DNA of 64,000 bases from NCBI GenBank assembly GCA_963772725.1, contig CAVYYI010000003.1:64001-128000 (forward strand), given 5' to 3'. Source of the stretch: an uncultured Phycisphaerales bacterium (lineage in GTDB: Bacteria; Planctomycetota; Phycisphaerae; Sedimentisphaerales; Anaerobacaceae). The position numbers and the translations under genes are program-made. This document shows, piece by piece, positions 29,224-41,849 of this stretch (position 1 is its first letter; each line of letters begins with the position of its first letter). The notes under the pieces are model-generated. The model did no database searches and had not been told where the DNA came from. It saw nothing but the letters and a program-made list of their open reading frames with translations.

Positions 29224-30509
29224 TCATTGCCCGAAAAATTTGCTCTCCTTGATTACATCCTGCTGGCCCGAAGCCATATTCTTGATAACAAGCTCATTTT
29301 TGTCAATAAATTCCTGTCCGACGATTACGCACTTTTCCGCGTTATTCTCCGATGCCGCCTTTAACTGTTTGCCCAGCCAGCCCCCTTATAACTGAAATTG
29401 ACCACCATTCCGCTTCGTCTGAGTTTAGCCGTTATCTCTACCGCTTTTTTGAACAGCTTATCATCGGTATAAGCCACAAAATAATCCAGCCGCCGTTTAG
29501 GCAGTTTTTTCGCCAAAAGCCCTTTCTCATCAAGCAGTATCCCCAACACGCAGTCTCCCATCCCAAATCCCGTCGCCGGTATCGCAGGCCCTCCGAACTG
29601 CTTGAGCAGATTATCATATCTTCCGCCTCCGCCGATTGCGCGAAGCTCACCGACCTTATCATAAATCTCAAACACAATACCCGTATAATATGCAAGCCCT
29701 CTGACGATGCCGATATCGAACTGGCAAAATTCAGCTATCCCCATAACACCTAAAAAATCGAACAGCCTCCGCAATTCATCAATCGACTCCCTGGCCTTAT
29801 CGGAAAGCTCTCCGCAGCAGCCCGCCGCCTGCTCAATAGTCTTTGCGCCCATCAGTTCGATAATCTTCTTGCGCCTAACTTCATCAGCAACCTGCTCCAT
29901 AAGAAGCGTCTCAAAAGTCTCTTGCGGCAGTTTACTCCGCTTATCCAAAATCGCATACATCCCGTCAAGCTCATCCTCCGCGACACCTATTGCTTTCAGC
30001 AGTTCCGCCAGCATTTTTCTGCTCGATATTTTTACTGCGATATCTTTCGCCGTCAGTCCGACATCCTGCAGATAATCCACCGCACAGAAAATCACCTCCG
30101 CATCCGCCAGCACATCATCCACTCCGATGATATCGATATTCCACTGGAAGAACTCGCGAAGCCTGCCTTTTTGCGGCCGCTCCGCTCGGCACAGCCGCGG
30201 CACAGAAAACCATTTTATCGGCCGGGGCAACGAATTGATCTGCTGGTTGACCATCCTTGCCAGCGTCGGCGTGATTTCAGGCCTGATCGCCAGGTCACGG
30301 CCGCCGCGATCTTGACAAGAAAAAAGCTGCTCGACGATTTCCTGCCCGCTTTTTATCTGGTACATCTGCAGATATTCGAAGATCGGCCCGTCGTATTCCT
30401 CAAAGCCGTTGCGGATCGAGACCTTCTTCCAGCCGTCGATGATCCAGTTCCGTACAGCCATCTCAGGCGGATAAAAATCTCTCGTTCCTTTTACCGGCGG
30501 TATCTTCAT
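29224..30509 (-). CDS. hisS: Histidine--tRNA ligase; frameshift near 29375
   Basis: VKGTRDF, RPEITP, RAERPQKGRLREFFQ, VRGLAYYTG, GGGRYD; the anticodon-domain tail is in the next frame. Confidence 0.97.
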
Positions 30510-30905
30510 CGTTTTCTCGTTTTCTTTTTTGCCTTCTGCTTTTCTTTTATATTATTGTCAAACTTGACTTTGACATACTCTTCCATCTGCTGGTCGTTGG
30601 TGAAATGCAGACTCGTAATCATATTCGCTTCCGCTCAAATCACAGTCCGCGATTTTGTACTTTTTGCAGATTTTCGGCCTCTTCGCGTAAATCTTACAGC
30701 TATGGTCCTTTTCTGAAAGATGCCTGCATTTGCTATTGATATTCAGATACCAGTCCCCCTCCTCAACGAAAACCGCAACATTCTTATGCGTAAGATACCA
30801 CCTTATATCTTCATAATCGCTCTTCGTTTCAGGCGTATCTATCGGCAGCGCAAAATACCTGCAGCACAATCCCACGCACTTCCCGCAAAATCCACTCTTG
30901 GCCAT
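30506..30905 (-). CDS. YkgJ family cysteine cluster protein; frameshift near 30612
   Basis: CGKCVGLCCRY, CRHL, CKIYAKRPKIC. Confidence 0.85.
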
Positions 30906-31173
30906 TATCTCAGCACTCCGAATTAAATTGTCTATTATAGGTTTTCAGCCAATAGCCGTCAAGTTTCGCCATTTAAGTCTTCAAACTCAAAATCGAAGAT
31001 TCTATGGTGAACTACGCACTGAAATCCAGCCAAATTCCTTTGTAAATCCTGTCTAAAAAAGATTGTGGAATCAAAAAAAATTCCCGAACATCCTGCGTCT
31101 TAGCCCGTAATATTTAGTAGAAAAAAATAAATTCCTCCTTTACTTAAAAAAGTTTTCTCTCCTCCTCGAGAAT

Positions 31174-31207
31174 AAGCCCGGCTGTTGTTTAACCGGGCTT
31201 GTTTTTG
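31174..31207 (+). terminator. Intrinsic terminator-like hairpin
   Basis: AAGCCCGG...CCGGGCTT followed by GTTTTTG. Confidence 0.55.
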
Positions 31208-31301
31208 TCGTTTCGCGATTGCTTCGGTATTGCTTTGATAGCCGTCTTATCCTATTATTACCCCTATATTCGCTGAAACAATGTATCGTTAATCTGGAGC
31301 T

Positions 31302-31989
31302 ATGAAAATGACCGAACAAATACCCACTACCCTTGCTGGCAAAGGGAAGAACTTGAAAAGCCGTATAGCCCAAACCTTTGTCATCTTAGCCGTAATAGCT
31401 GGCGTATTTACACTCTATAAGAATAGCGGCATTGTATCTCCTGCCAACCTCGACAGAGACTTGCAGGCCGAACAAGCCTCCGGAAAAACTTGGGCACAGC
31501 CCCTTCAACTGCCCGGTGTCGAAAACTTCCATAAAGTTTCAGACAATCTTTATCGCGGCCACCAGCCCACCGAACAGGGCCTGGCCGAATTAAAAAAATT
31601 AGGAATCAAAACCGTTATTAATCTTAGAACACTTCATTCCGACCGCGAACAAATTGGTAATACCCAACTCGATTATGAACGTCTTAAGATGAAGCCATGG
31701 GACCCCGATGATGACGAGGTAATAAAATTTCTTCGTATTGTTGCAGACACCAACTCTGCGTCGGTTTTTGTCCATTGCCATTACGGCGCAGACCGCACAG
31801 GAACAAATGTGCGCCATTTACCGAATCGTCGTACAGGGCTGGTCAAAACAGCAGGCTATCGATGAAATGACCAAAGGCGGTTTCGGTTTCCACCCTCAGT
31901 GGCATAAACTTATTGAATACATCCAAAACCTCGATGTCGATAAAATTAAAATCTCCTGCGGTATGACCCCCTCCCGCAACACAAATTAG
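31302..31989 (+). CDS. Exported tyrosine/dual-specificity phosphatase family protein; frameshift near 31808
   Basis: NFHKV..LYRG, IKTVINLR, VHCHYGADRTG (CX5R). Confidence 0.88.
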
Positions 31990-32137
31990 CCGTTAGGTCA
32001 CTCCCTCCGTTTTGCAACTCATTCTGTATGGGGCAATCGGCGTCTGGTCAAAAGGAATACCCTGTTCCCATGTCAGAGGAAAGTTTTTGACGAAAATAAT
32101 TGCTATTTGGGCAAAGGTATGATAGGCTATTTTAATT

Positions 32138-32152
32138 AACCGATGGTCGGTT
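32138..32152. promoter_or_regulatory. Perfect palindrome upstream of the redoxin gene, possible operator
   Basis: AACCGA-TGG-TCGGTT. Confidence 0.45.
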
Positions 32153-32183
32153 GTGAGCTTAAAAATCAAAGTTTAACAAAAAA

Positions 32184-32855
32184 ATGGGGGACAAAATGAA
32201 AAAACTGCTAATAACAATATCATTATTTGTTCTGACAGCATCTTTAGCGATAGGGGCTGAAACGGGGAAAAAGGCCGGTGACCCAAACAGGCCGAAAAGA
32301 GCGGCTGACGCAATGAAGAAAATTGCAGAGCCGAATAAGGCGCCTGATTTTACGCTGACGGATTGTAACAGCCAAAAAGTCAGTTTTTCAGATTACAAGG
32401 GCAAAATAGTCGTCCTTGAATGGCTCAATCCGGCCTGTCCATTTGTGAAGTATCATTACGACAAGGCCGGCACAATGACAAGGCTTGCAAAAAAATGGGC
32501 AGATAAAAATGTTGTATGGCTTGCGATAGACAGCACGAACGCTCAGAAAACCGAAGACAACCAGAAGTTCGCCAGTGAGCATAAGCTGCGCTTACCCGAT
32601 ACTTGAAACCGCGCGGGCCGCATTGGCAGAATATATGGAGCGACGAACACGCCGGATATGTACGTGATAGACAAGGACCGGAATATTGTGTACAGAGGCG
32701 CGATTGACAACGCTCCGATGGGCAAAATCAGTGACCCGAACGAGAAAGCTGTTATTAACTACGTTGATAAGGCGCTGACGGAACTTACCGCTGACCGAAA
32801 GGTCTCTACTCCCAGGACGAAACCTTACGGCTGCACGGTAAAATACGCAAAATAG
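32184..32855 (+). CDS. Exported thioredoxin-fold (AhpC/TSA-like) protein; frameshifted
   Basis: APDFTL, VVLEWLNPACPFV, TP.MYVID, YRGAID, PYGCTVKY. Confidence 0.85.
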
Positions 32856-32946
32856 CCGTTAGCCGGTTTGAAGGTTGAATGCGGTGAGGTAAAAACCCCA
32901 CCATACGAGGCTTCGGTGAAGTTGCGAAATCAGATGTTACCAAATA

Positions 32947-35900
32947 CTACTTTATATCCGCATGGTATTTCTGAAGCGACTTAATCTGGCTTGCGTTTTT
33001 CTAACGCGCAGCAATTCCTTTTACCGCTGCCGTTGCCGCCGCTGTAGTGGTAATATATGGAATGCTGTATTTGATAGCTGCCTTGCGAATATATGAGTCA
33101 TCATGCTTGCTGACTTTTCCAGCAGGCGTATTGATAACAAGCTGAATCTCGGCATTCTTAATCGCATCCACAATATTAGGCCTGCCCTCATGCATTTTCA
33201 GCAGAAGCTCCGTCCGAATGCCTTTTTCGCTAAGGTATTGCTGTGTTCCCGCAGTGGTTTTAATCTTGAAGCCAAGCTTGGCGAAATTTCTTGCCGTCTC
33301 GACAATTGATGCTTTATCTCTATCGCTGACCGTTATCAGAACGCTTCCTTTAAGAGGAAGCGGCTGCTGCGTGGCCTCCTGTGCCTTGAAATACGCCATC
33401 CCGAACGAATCGGCTATCCCCAATACCTCTCCTGTGGAGCGCATTTCAGGGCCGAGTATGGGGTCAACTTCCTGAAACATATTAAACGGAAAAACAGCTT
33501 CTTTTACACCAACGTGCGTAATCTTTTTATGATGTAATTTAAGCTCCGCAAGTTTCTTTCCAACTATAACCTGAGTTGCCAGCCGGGCCATCGGTATATT
33601 GCATACCTTCGAGACCAGAGGAACTGTTCGCGACGCACGCGGATTGGCCTCAAGAACGTACACCATATCATTGCATATAGCATACTGCATATTCATCAGG
33701 CCGACAACCTTCAATTCTATCGCTATTTTCTTTGTATAATCGCAAATCGTTTTGATGTGCTTGTCGGGAATTGACATCGGCGGTATTACGCATGCTGAAT
33801 CGCCGGAATGAATACCAGCCAGTTCAATATGCTCCATTACAGCAGGTACAAAAGCGTCTGTGCCGTCCGCGATTGCGTCTGCCTCGGCCTCAATGGCATT
33901 GTCCAAAAATTTGTCTATCAGAATCGGTCTTTCGGGAGTAACATCAACCGCTGCAGCGACATAGTGCCGCAACATTTCTTCATCGTGAACAACCTCCATC
34001 CCCCGGCCTCCAAGGACGTACGAAGGGCGAACCATCAACGGATAACCTATCTTTTTCGCAATAGATAACGCCTCATCAAGATTGCATGCCATACCTGATT
34101 GCGGCATAGGTATATTAAGTTTTTCCATTATTTTACGGAATCTGTCACGGTCTTCCGCAAGGTCTATCGCATCAGATGATGTCCCTAATATTTTGACGCC
34201 CGCTCTTGTCAGTTCGCCTGCGATATTCAGGGGCGTTTGCCCTCCGAACTGCGCGATGACACCTAAGGGCTTTTCCTTTTCATAAATGCTCAGCACATCT
34301 TCGACAGTCAGCGGTTCAAAGTAAAGCTTGTTGGAAGTATCGTAATCTGTTGACACGGTCTCAGGATTGCAGTTGACCATGATAGATTCAATGCCCTCGT
34401 CGCGGAGAGCGAAGGCAGCGTGAACGCAGCAATAATCAAATTCTATTCCCTGGCCTATTCGGTTTGGCCCGCCGCCAAGAACCATAATTTTCTTTTTATT
34501 CGATATCCCAACCTTATCCGGCGCATTGTAGGTTGAAAAATAATATGCCGCGTTTTCCACACCGCTTACAGGTACCGGCTCCCAACCCTCGACAACGCCA
34601 AGTGAAATACGCTTCTGACGGATTTTATCTTCAGCAACTCCGAGCAGTTTTGCCAGGTATTTATCCGCGAAACCATCTTTCTTGGCCTGTATAAGCAACT
34701 TATCCGGCAGTTCTTTACCTTTGTATTTTAAAATCTTCTCTTCAAGTTCAACAAGTTCCTTCATCTGTTCTATAAACCATGTTTTGATGAATGTCTTTTC
34801 ATAAAGGCACTGAATATCGGCGCCTTTTCGAATCGCCTCATACATTATAAACTGCCTCTCGCTCGTGGGATTGCTCAAAAGACGCATTAATTCCTCAAGG
34901 GAAAGCTTGTTGAAATTCTTAGCAAATCCAAGGCCGTATCTGCCGTTTTCCAGCGAACGAATCGCTTTCTGGAAAGCCTCTTTATAGTTTTTGCCGATGC
35001 TCATTACCTCGCCCACAGCCCGCATCTGAGTTCCCAGTTTGTCCTCGACGCCTTTGAATTTTTCAAATGCCCATCGCGCAAACTTGACTACTACGTAATC
35101 GCCGGATGGTGTATATTTTTCGAGCGTACCATCTCTCCAGTACGGTATTTCATCGAGTGTCAGTCCCGCCGCCAGCATTGAGGAAATAAGCGCTATGGGA
35201 AAACCAGTCGCTTTCGATGCTAATGCCGATGAACGTGATGTTCGCGGATTAATCTCGATCACGACAACTCTGCCGGTTTTAGGGTCGTGAGCAAATTGTA
35301 TGTTTGTCCCGCCGATAACTTCGATAGCGTCGACTATGTCGTAAGAATACTTTTGAAGCTGCTGCTGGAACTCTTTTGATATTGTAAGCATAGGTGCGGT
35401 GCAGTACGAATCACCGGTATGCACTCCCATCGCATCGACATTTTCAATGAAGCATACAGTTATCTTCTGCCCTTTTGCGTCACGAACCACTTCCAGTTCC
35501 AGTTCCTCCCAACCAAGAACGCTTTCTTCGATAAGTATCTGATGGATAAGACTTGCAGCCAGTCCTCTGCTTGCGACTACCTGGAGTTCTTCTACGTTAT
35601 AGACAAGGCCGCCGCCTGTTACCACCCATCGTGTAAGCCGGTCTTACCACAACAGGATAACCAAGCTCATCCGCGATTTTTTCGGCTTCTTCAACAGTAA
35701 AGGCGGGTTTGCTTTTCGGCATATCAATGCCCAGTTTGCTCATGGTTTCCTTGAAAATAACGCGGTCTTCGCCTCGTTCTATCGCGTCAATCTGGACTCC
35801 AATAACCTTGACATTGTATTTATCGAATACACCTGCTTTGTGCAGTTCCGATGCGAGATTCAATCCGCTTTGACCTCCGAGATTGGGCAATAATGCATCA

Positions 35901-36148
35901 GGTCTTTCCTTTTCGATTATCTTCGTCATTGTTTCAAGATTAAGCGGCTCAATGTAAGTTACATCCGCCATCCCGGGGTCGGTCATTATTGTGGCGGGAT
36001 TGGAATTGACAAGGACTATCTGATAACCCAGCTTTCGAAGCGCCTTGCACGCCTGTGTGCCGGAGTAATCAAATTCACAGGCCTGACCAATTACAATTGG
36101 ACCGGAACCAATAATCATTATTTTTTTTATATCTTTTCGTTTCGGCAC
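32947..36148 (-). CDS. carB: Carbamoyl-phosphate synthase large subunit; frameshift near 35620 and in-frame TAG at 33001-33003
   Basis: [57 protein letters not shown] domain. Confidence 0.97.
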
Positions 36149-36568
36149 GTCAAAACCTCCTGTTTTGAATAATATTTCCTGATTCTGATAAAATCTGAAG
36201 AATTAGACAATAAATAAAACCGCTTGTCAAATAAGAAAAATCAATACCAGGACGAGAAACCAAAGAAAAATTATTATCTGTCCGGTTAAAAAAACTCAGA
36301 AAATAGTTTACTTTTGGTCGCGAAACAAAATTTCAGCGGGAATAACCTGCTTTTTGATTCCCGGGCCTTCGTAGAAAGCGGTAAAACCAAACCTATGACT
36401 GGTGAAGATACATTAGTACTTACAACTCTTTTCTTGAAGAAAAGCAATAGTGATTAAAAGTTTATCTTTATTAGCATTAGCGATGATTCTAATTGATTAT
36501 TTCCTGCAAAATTGTTAACCTAACCGCTGTGAGGCAAAAAACACTTGAAAAATTAAAGGGAAAATAAG

Positions 36569-37255
36569 ATGGCGGAGCAGAAAAAAAATAACTGGGTAGG
36601 GATGGGAATAATCGCTATTTTAATTGTATTGGTAATCTGGATTATTATGAGGCCGTCAAGGCCTGCGCCTACGATAAAACCCGCCCCAGGAATCTCCGTA
36701 TCCAACAATCAGACCAAAGACACTAACGAACCGGCAAAACCTCAAAGCGAGCAAACTAAAATACAAGGCCCGAAACTCTCTTCGCAATTGTCCGAAATAA
36801 TTAAAAATGCCGCGGCTTTTAAGTCCTGGTATGGTAAAACTGCACCAGATTTCACCCTAACCGATATCACTGGCAAAGAGCATAAATTAAGTGCTTACCG
36901 AGGCAAAAATGTTATGCTCGTCTTCTGGGCAACCTGGTGTCCGCCTTGCAAAATGGAGGTGCCGCATATTATCGCCCTGCGAAATATTATCCCCGAAGAC
37001 AAACTCGCCATACTGGCGATATCGTATATAGAGCCGAACAACACAATAGAGATGATTAAGGCCTTTGTCGCCGCCAATAATCGCTTCAACTATACGGTAA
37101 TCGCGGCAGACGGGAAAAAAATGCCCGACCCTTATAACAAAATAGAATCAATTCCGTGCAGTTTCTTTATCGACCCACAGGGCAAAATTAAACTCGCCAC
37201 TGAAGGAGCGTTAAATATCGGCGTTATGAGGGCCATAATTCAGGCTGAAAATTAA
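36569..37255 (+). CDS. TlpA/ResA-like thiol-disulfide oxidoreductase
   Basis: N-terminal TM helix, APDFTL, FWATWCPPC. Confidence 0.9.
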   Translation: MAEQKKNNWVGMGIIAILIVLVIWIIMRPSRPAPTIKPAPGISVSNNQTKDTNEPAKPQSEQTKIQGPKLSSQLSEIIKNAAAFKSWYGKTAPDFTLTDITGKEHKLSAYRGKNVMLVFWATWCPPCKMEVPHIIALRNIIPEDKLAILAISYIEPNNTIEMIKAFVAANNRFNYTVIAADGKKMPDPYNKIESIPCSFFIDPQGKIKLATEGALNIGVMRAIIQAEN

Positions 37256-37272
37256 TCCACTGCCGCCGGGAG

Positions 37273-37626
37273 TTAAAAGTAGAAATTGTCTTTGAAAGCG
37301 GTCTTGAAATCACAGACGTTGTCAAAGTCTTCTATGGTGTCGCTCGGCTGAGCGCTCATCCATTTATGCTCTATCATCCGATAAACAATTTCACCGAAAT
37401 CTCGCGTTGTTTTAATATTCCATGTATTCAAAACCAGCATCGCAAGCACCCCCCATTTTTCGGCAGCCAGTTTAATTAATCCTTCGCAGAGTACCTGCCC
37501 GGTAACATGGCCTGGTTCAGTCATAAGTTTTTTCGCCGTGTAACCCAAACCTTCATAAACAAATCTAAAGGCCGCCGGACTGTATCGCCCGTCCCTAAGA
37601 GCTATTGTGTCAAGATTTTCTTTCAT
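37273..37626 (-). CDS. Minf_1886-like conserved protein
   Basis: DGRYSPAAFRFV, HVTGQ.L, TRDFGEIVY, DTIEDF. Confidence 0.75.
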   Translation of the reverse strand: MKENLDTIALRDGRYSPAAFRFVYEGLGYTAKKLMTEPGHVTGQVLCEGLIKLAAEKWGVLAMLVLNTWNIKTTRDFGEIVYRMIEHKWMSAQPSDTIEDFDNVCDFKTAFKDNFYF

Positions 37627-37633
37627 AATAATA

Positions 37634-39653
37634 TCAATGTACTGTCTGGCCTGGTTTTGCGCCGCTGTCGGCGGTGAGCATAAAAATATCCTTTTCGCCC
37701 GGCCCGGAGGCCAGAATCATACCTTCTGAAAGGCCGAATTTCATCTTCCGCGGCTTGAGATTCGCAAGGCATACCACAATTTTGCCATTGAGGTCTTCGG
37801 GCTTGTACGCCTTGGCTATCCCTGCGAAAACGCTTTTTTCCATTCCGCCCAAATCAAGCTGGAGGTGCAGAAGTTTATCGGCGCCTGGTACTGCCTCAGC
37901 TTTTAAGACTTTGGCTATCCTTAAATCCATCTTGGCAAAATCTTCTATTGTGCATTCCGGCTTTAGCGGCTCGAACGGCTCCGCAGGAGTGGCCGAAAAT
38001 TCCGCCGCCACAGGAGCCTGTGTAACTTTACTTTCATCAACCATAGCATCTACCTTTTCTTTTTCAATTCTGTCGATCAAACGTTCAAAACCGTTTATTT
38101 TATGGTCATGCATAAGCTTATCAATATCCGCGAAACTCAGATTATTAACATTGAGCAGTTTCTCAATTTTTTCCGCATACCTCGGCAAAACCGGCTTAAG
38201 ATAAATCGTCAGGATTCGCACCGCGTTGATTATCGCACTTAACACGGTCTGCGTTTTCTGCGGGTCTGTCTTAATCGTCGCCCAGGGCTGATTCTGCTCA
38301 ACATAGCGATTCGCGTCATCAGCCAGTGCGGTTATCAATCGTACTGCCGCAGCGTAATTCAGCTCCTCGTAAAACTCGCAAATCTGTTCTTTAGCGGAAA
38401 CCAACTTTTCAAGAAGCTCCCTGCCGGTGTGGTCTAAATAGCCGATTTGGCCGTCAAAACTCTTTGAAAGCATCGGCGCCGAACGAGACGCAAGATTTGC
38501 CAGTTTGCCGACAAGCTCGGAATTGACCCTGCTTGCAAAATCATCGAGGTTCAAATCGATGTCTTCAACTCCACCCGTCAGTTTGCTTGCGTAATAATAC
38601 CTGAGATATTCCGGGTCGAGATATTTAAGATATGTCGCCGCCTTAATAAATGTCCCTCGCGATTTGCTCATCTTCTGCCCATTCACCGTCAAAAAACCGT
38701 GGACAAACAGTTTATTGGCGGGTCTGAAACCCGAACCCATCAGCATCGCCGGGAAAAACAGGGCGTGGAAATACATAATGTCCTTGCCGATGAAAGTGGT
38801 AAAGTTCGTACTCGCCGCTGTTCCAGAGTTTGTCAAAATCAAGACTGTTCCTGTCGCAGTAATTTTTTGCCGACGCCATATAACCGATAGGCGCATCGAG
38901 CCAGACATAAAAGTATTTATTTTCTTCGCCCGGAATTTTAAAACCGAAATAAGGTCCGTCTCTTGATATATCCCAGTCTTTCAGCCCCGAACTGAACCAT
39001 TCATCGAGTTTGTTCGCGATGGATTTCTGCGTATAGCCTTTTTCTATCAGCTCCTTAAGCTGTTTTTCGTAATCTACCAGCTTGAAGAAATAATGTTCGC
39101 TCTGTTTATGAACCGGCGGTGTGCCGCAATTTGCGCAGTGCGGATTAATTAATTCGGTCGGCTGATGCGTGCTGCCGCACTTCTCGCAGGAGTCGCCATA
39201 CTGGTCTTCCGCCTTACATTTGGGACATGTGCCGCGAATATACCTGTCGGGCAGAAACATATTGCAGCTTTCGCAGTATGCCTGCTCGATAGTTTTTTTG
39301 ACAATTGCCCCTGCCTTATTGAGCCGATTAAAAATCAGTTCGCTGAAAACGCGGTTCTCCGGCGAATGCGTCGAATAATAATTGCTGAACTCAATTAAAA
39401 AACCGTCGAAATCCTTCTTATGCTCTTTGTGAACGCGCTCTATGAGTTTCTCCGGGGCGATGTTCTCGTTGCGGGCGCTTATCATAACGGGTGTGCCGTG
39501 CGTATCATCGGCGCAAAAATACAGACACTCGTTGCCGCACATTCTCTGAAAACGTATCCAAATATCGGTTTGAAGATATTCGACCAGATGGCCGATATGA
39601 ATCGGCCCGTTGGCATAAGGCAATGCCGATGTTACCACAATCTTTCGATGCAT
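37634..39653 (-). CDS. metG: Methionine--tRNA ligase; frameshift near 38800
   Basis: [37 protein letters not shown]-terminal tRNA-binding domain. Confidence 0.97.
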
Positions 39654-39670
39654 AAATTCCCTTTATATAG

Positions 39671-40643
39671 CTATTGCTGCATTTTTTCGCCGTTTTGCTC
39701 TTCGCTTTCCGGATTTTCGTTTTTCCTGCTTTCGGTGGTCGACTGACCGAGAATCTCTAACTCATCGACGGGAACCGCCGCTTTATTGCCGTCCTCATAT
39801 TCCACAATCACAAGCTGAGAAAGTATTTGACCGTCCAGAACCCTGCCTTTACCCTGCGATGTTTTTATCAGCGTGTTCTTATGCGGCAAACGTCTGCTTT
39901 AACTCCGTATAAGTCAAATCCTCATATCGCAGGCAGCATTTCAGCCTCCCGCAGTAGCCCGAAATCTTAGCCGGGTCCAGCGTAGCCTTTTGCATCTTCG
40001 CCATCCGCATATTTACAGGATTCAAAGCCTTGAGAAATCTTATGCAGCAACACTCCTGCCCGCACGACTCCAAATCGCCGAGCAGTTTGGCCTCATCACG
40101 CGAACCGATTTGATGCATCTCTATTCTCGACTGATACTCGTGCGCAAGCCTTTTTACAAGCTCGCGAAAATCCACCCGCGTTTCCGCCATAAAATAGAAA
40201 ATTATCCGCTCTCCCCCGAGTATGTGGTCCGCATCAACAATCTTCATCGGCAGATTCATCTCAGCAGCCAGCTTTTTGCAGTACTCCATCTCATCCTCTG
40301 CGATTTTGCGAAGATGTTTCGCTTCACGGATATCAGCCGCTGTCGCAAGACGAATAACACTGCCTTTTGAGTCGTCGGTAAATTCTATCTGGCTGCTGTC
40401 GAAATATTTTTTTACCTGGCCCTTACTCAGCTTGAATTGCCCGATTTTGCAGGCCGCCAATTGCCCCACAATATCACCCAGCTCCTGCCCGCGGTCGGTC
40501 TTGACCACTACCCGGCAGGGAACCTTCGGTATATTGCTTTGCTCATGCTCAAAAAAACCCAGTTCGTTCATTCGCCCGTAACGAACCAGCACGTACTTTT
40601 TACTTTTATCCTGCTTTATAGCAGGGGAAATCTCTTCCGGCAT
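39671..40643 (-). CDS. PSP1 domain protein (RicT/YaaT-like); frameshift near 39890
   Basis: RVDFRELVK, CGQECCC, KISGYCGRLKCCLRYE. Confidence 0.9.
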
Positions 40644-40675
40644 TCAAATCACCTGTTTTAACCAAAATCGGATAA

Positions 40676-41794
40676 CTACATCTTTACCGCTATTTTACCA
40701 GAAATGTTCAGGTTTAACAATAGCCGCTCGAAAATAAGCTTATCGTTAACGCTTGAATCTATCCATTGCGTCGCCTGTGAAACTGCGTTTATCTGCTCAG
40801 CGGCCTTTTCAACATCAAACTGCTCCGCAAGTTTTTTTATCTGACCTGGCTGGTCAAAATTTATTATTTCCGCGTTTTCGTCAAGATTAAGCCTCATCGC
40901 ATCGCTCAAAGCGGAGATTATTATTTGAATTACGGTCTTTTGCGCCCTGCGGTTTACGTCAGTTTTGCTTGTGTTCGCCGCTAATTTTACCCAAACCTCA
41001 GCTACAGCCTTAGTTTCCGCGAGAAACTTTTTCGCAAGTTCGAGACTTTCGGAAAATTTGTATGACGAAATACACTCAATAACATTTTTCTTCAGTTCAT
41101 AAAGATTTGCACCCTCCAATTCAAGTTGCCCCCACTGACACGCCTGCCCCAGGCTCCCCTGCGAAAGCCTCGCGAAATACTTCGCCACAGTCTCGCTAAG
41201 CCCCATCTCATGAAGTTTTCCAATTATCCTGTCCTGCGTGACAGGCGAAAAACGAATTACCTGGCATCGTGATTTCGTTGTCGGCAACAGCTTTTCTATC
41301 CCCGTACACAACAGAACAATAAAACAATAATCCGGCGGCTCCTCCAGCGTCTTCAAAATCGCATTCTGCGAAGCGTCATTAAGTTTTTCCGCCTCGCTGA
41401 TAATAAAAACCTTCCGCCTGCTCAGCGTGGGCTTCTGCGAAACCTTCGCAATCAAAAATTCCCTGATAACATCTATCGGAATCTCTACCGGCGTCGTTTT
41501 ATTTTTCCCTTCTTTAGTGTACTGCAACAGTTCCTTATAAATATGATTAAAATCAGGATGCGAACCAGCCTCGAACAATCGGCACGATTCACACTGCCCG
41601 CAACTGTCAATAATTCCGTCCTGATTAACAAGCTCTTTGCAGAGCAGAACTTTAGCCCATTGCGTTGCCGTCTTAAATTTGCCGACTCCGTCCCTGCCGG
41701 CGAAAATATAAGCATGTGCCAGCCTCTGCGAGGCAAACGCTCTTTCCAAAACCCCTATCGCTTTATCCTGACAATATATTTCTTTTAATGACAT
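40676..41794 (-). CDS. holB: DNA polymerase III delta' subunit
   Basis: HAYIFAGRDGVGK, CGQCESC, HPD, NAILKTLEEPP, SRCQ; follows tmk. Confidence 0.93.
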   Translation of the reverse strand: MSLKEIYCQDKAIGVLERAFASQRLAHAYIFAGRDGVGKFKTATQWAKVLLCKELVNQDGIIDSCGQCESCRLFEAGSHPDFNHIYKELLQYTKEGKNKTTPVEIPIDVIREFLIAKVSQKPTLSRRKVFIISEAEKLNDASQNAILKTLEEPPDYCFIVLLCTGIEKLLPTTKSRCQVIRFSPVTQDRIIGKLHEMGLSETVAKYFARLSQGSLGQACQWGQLELEGANLYELKKNVIECISSYKFSESLELAKKFLAETKAVAEVWVKLAANTSKTDVNRRAQKTVIQIIISALSDAMRLNLDENAEIINFDQPGQIKKLAEQFDVEKAAEQINAVSQATQWIDSSVNDKLIFERLLLNLNISGKIAVKM

Positions 41795-41849
41795 CTTTTT
41801 ATTTTTCTTCTATTTTAATTTGTTTTGTGCTTCAGAATTAGTGCTTTCT

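Noticed and set aside
29922..30716. 264-aa plus-strand ORF and the many other antisense ORFs in the track
   Set aside because: They are shadows of well-supported genes on the opposite strand and carry no recognisable motifs
36150..36560. Riboswitch or attenuator upstream of carB
   Set aside because: No recognisable aptamer, PyrR-binding loop or terminator/antiterminator pair was found by eye
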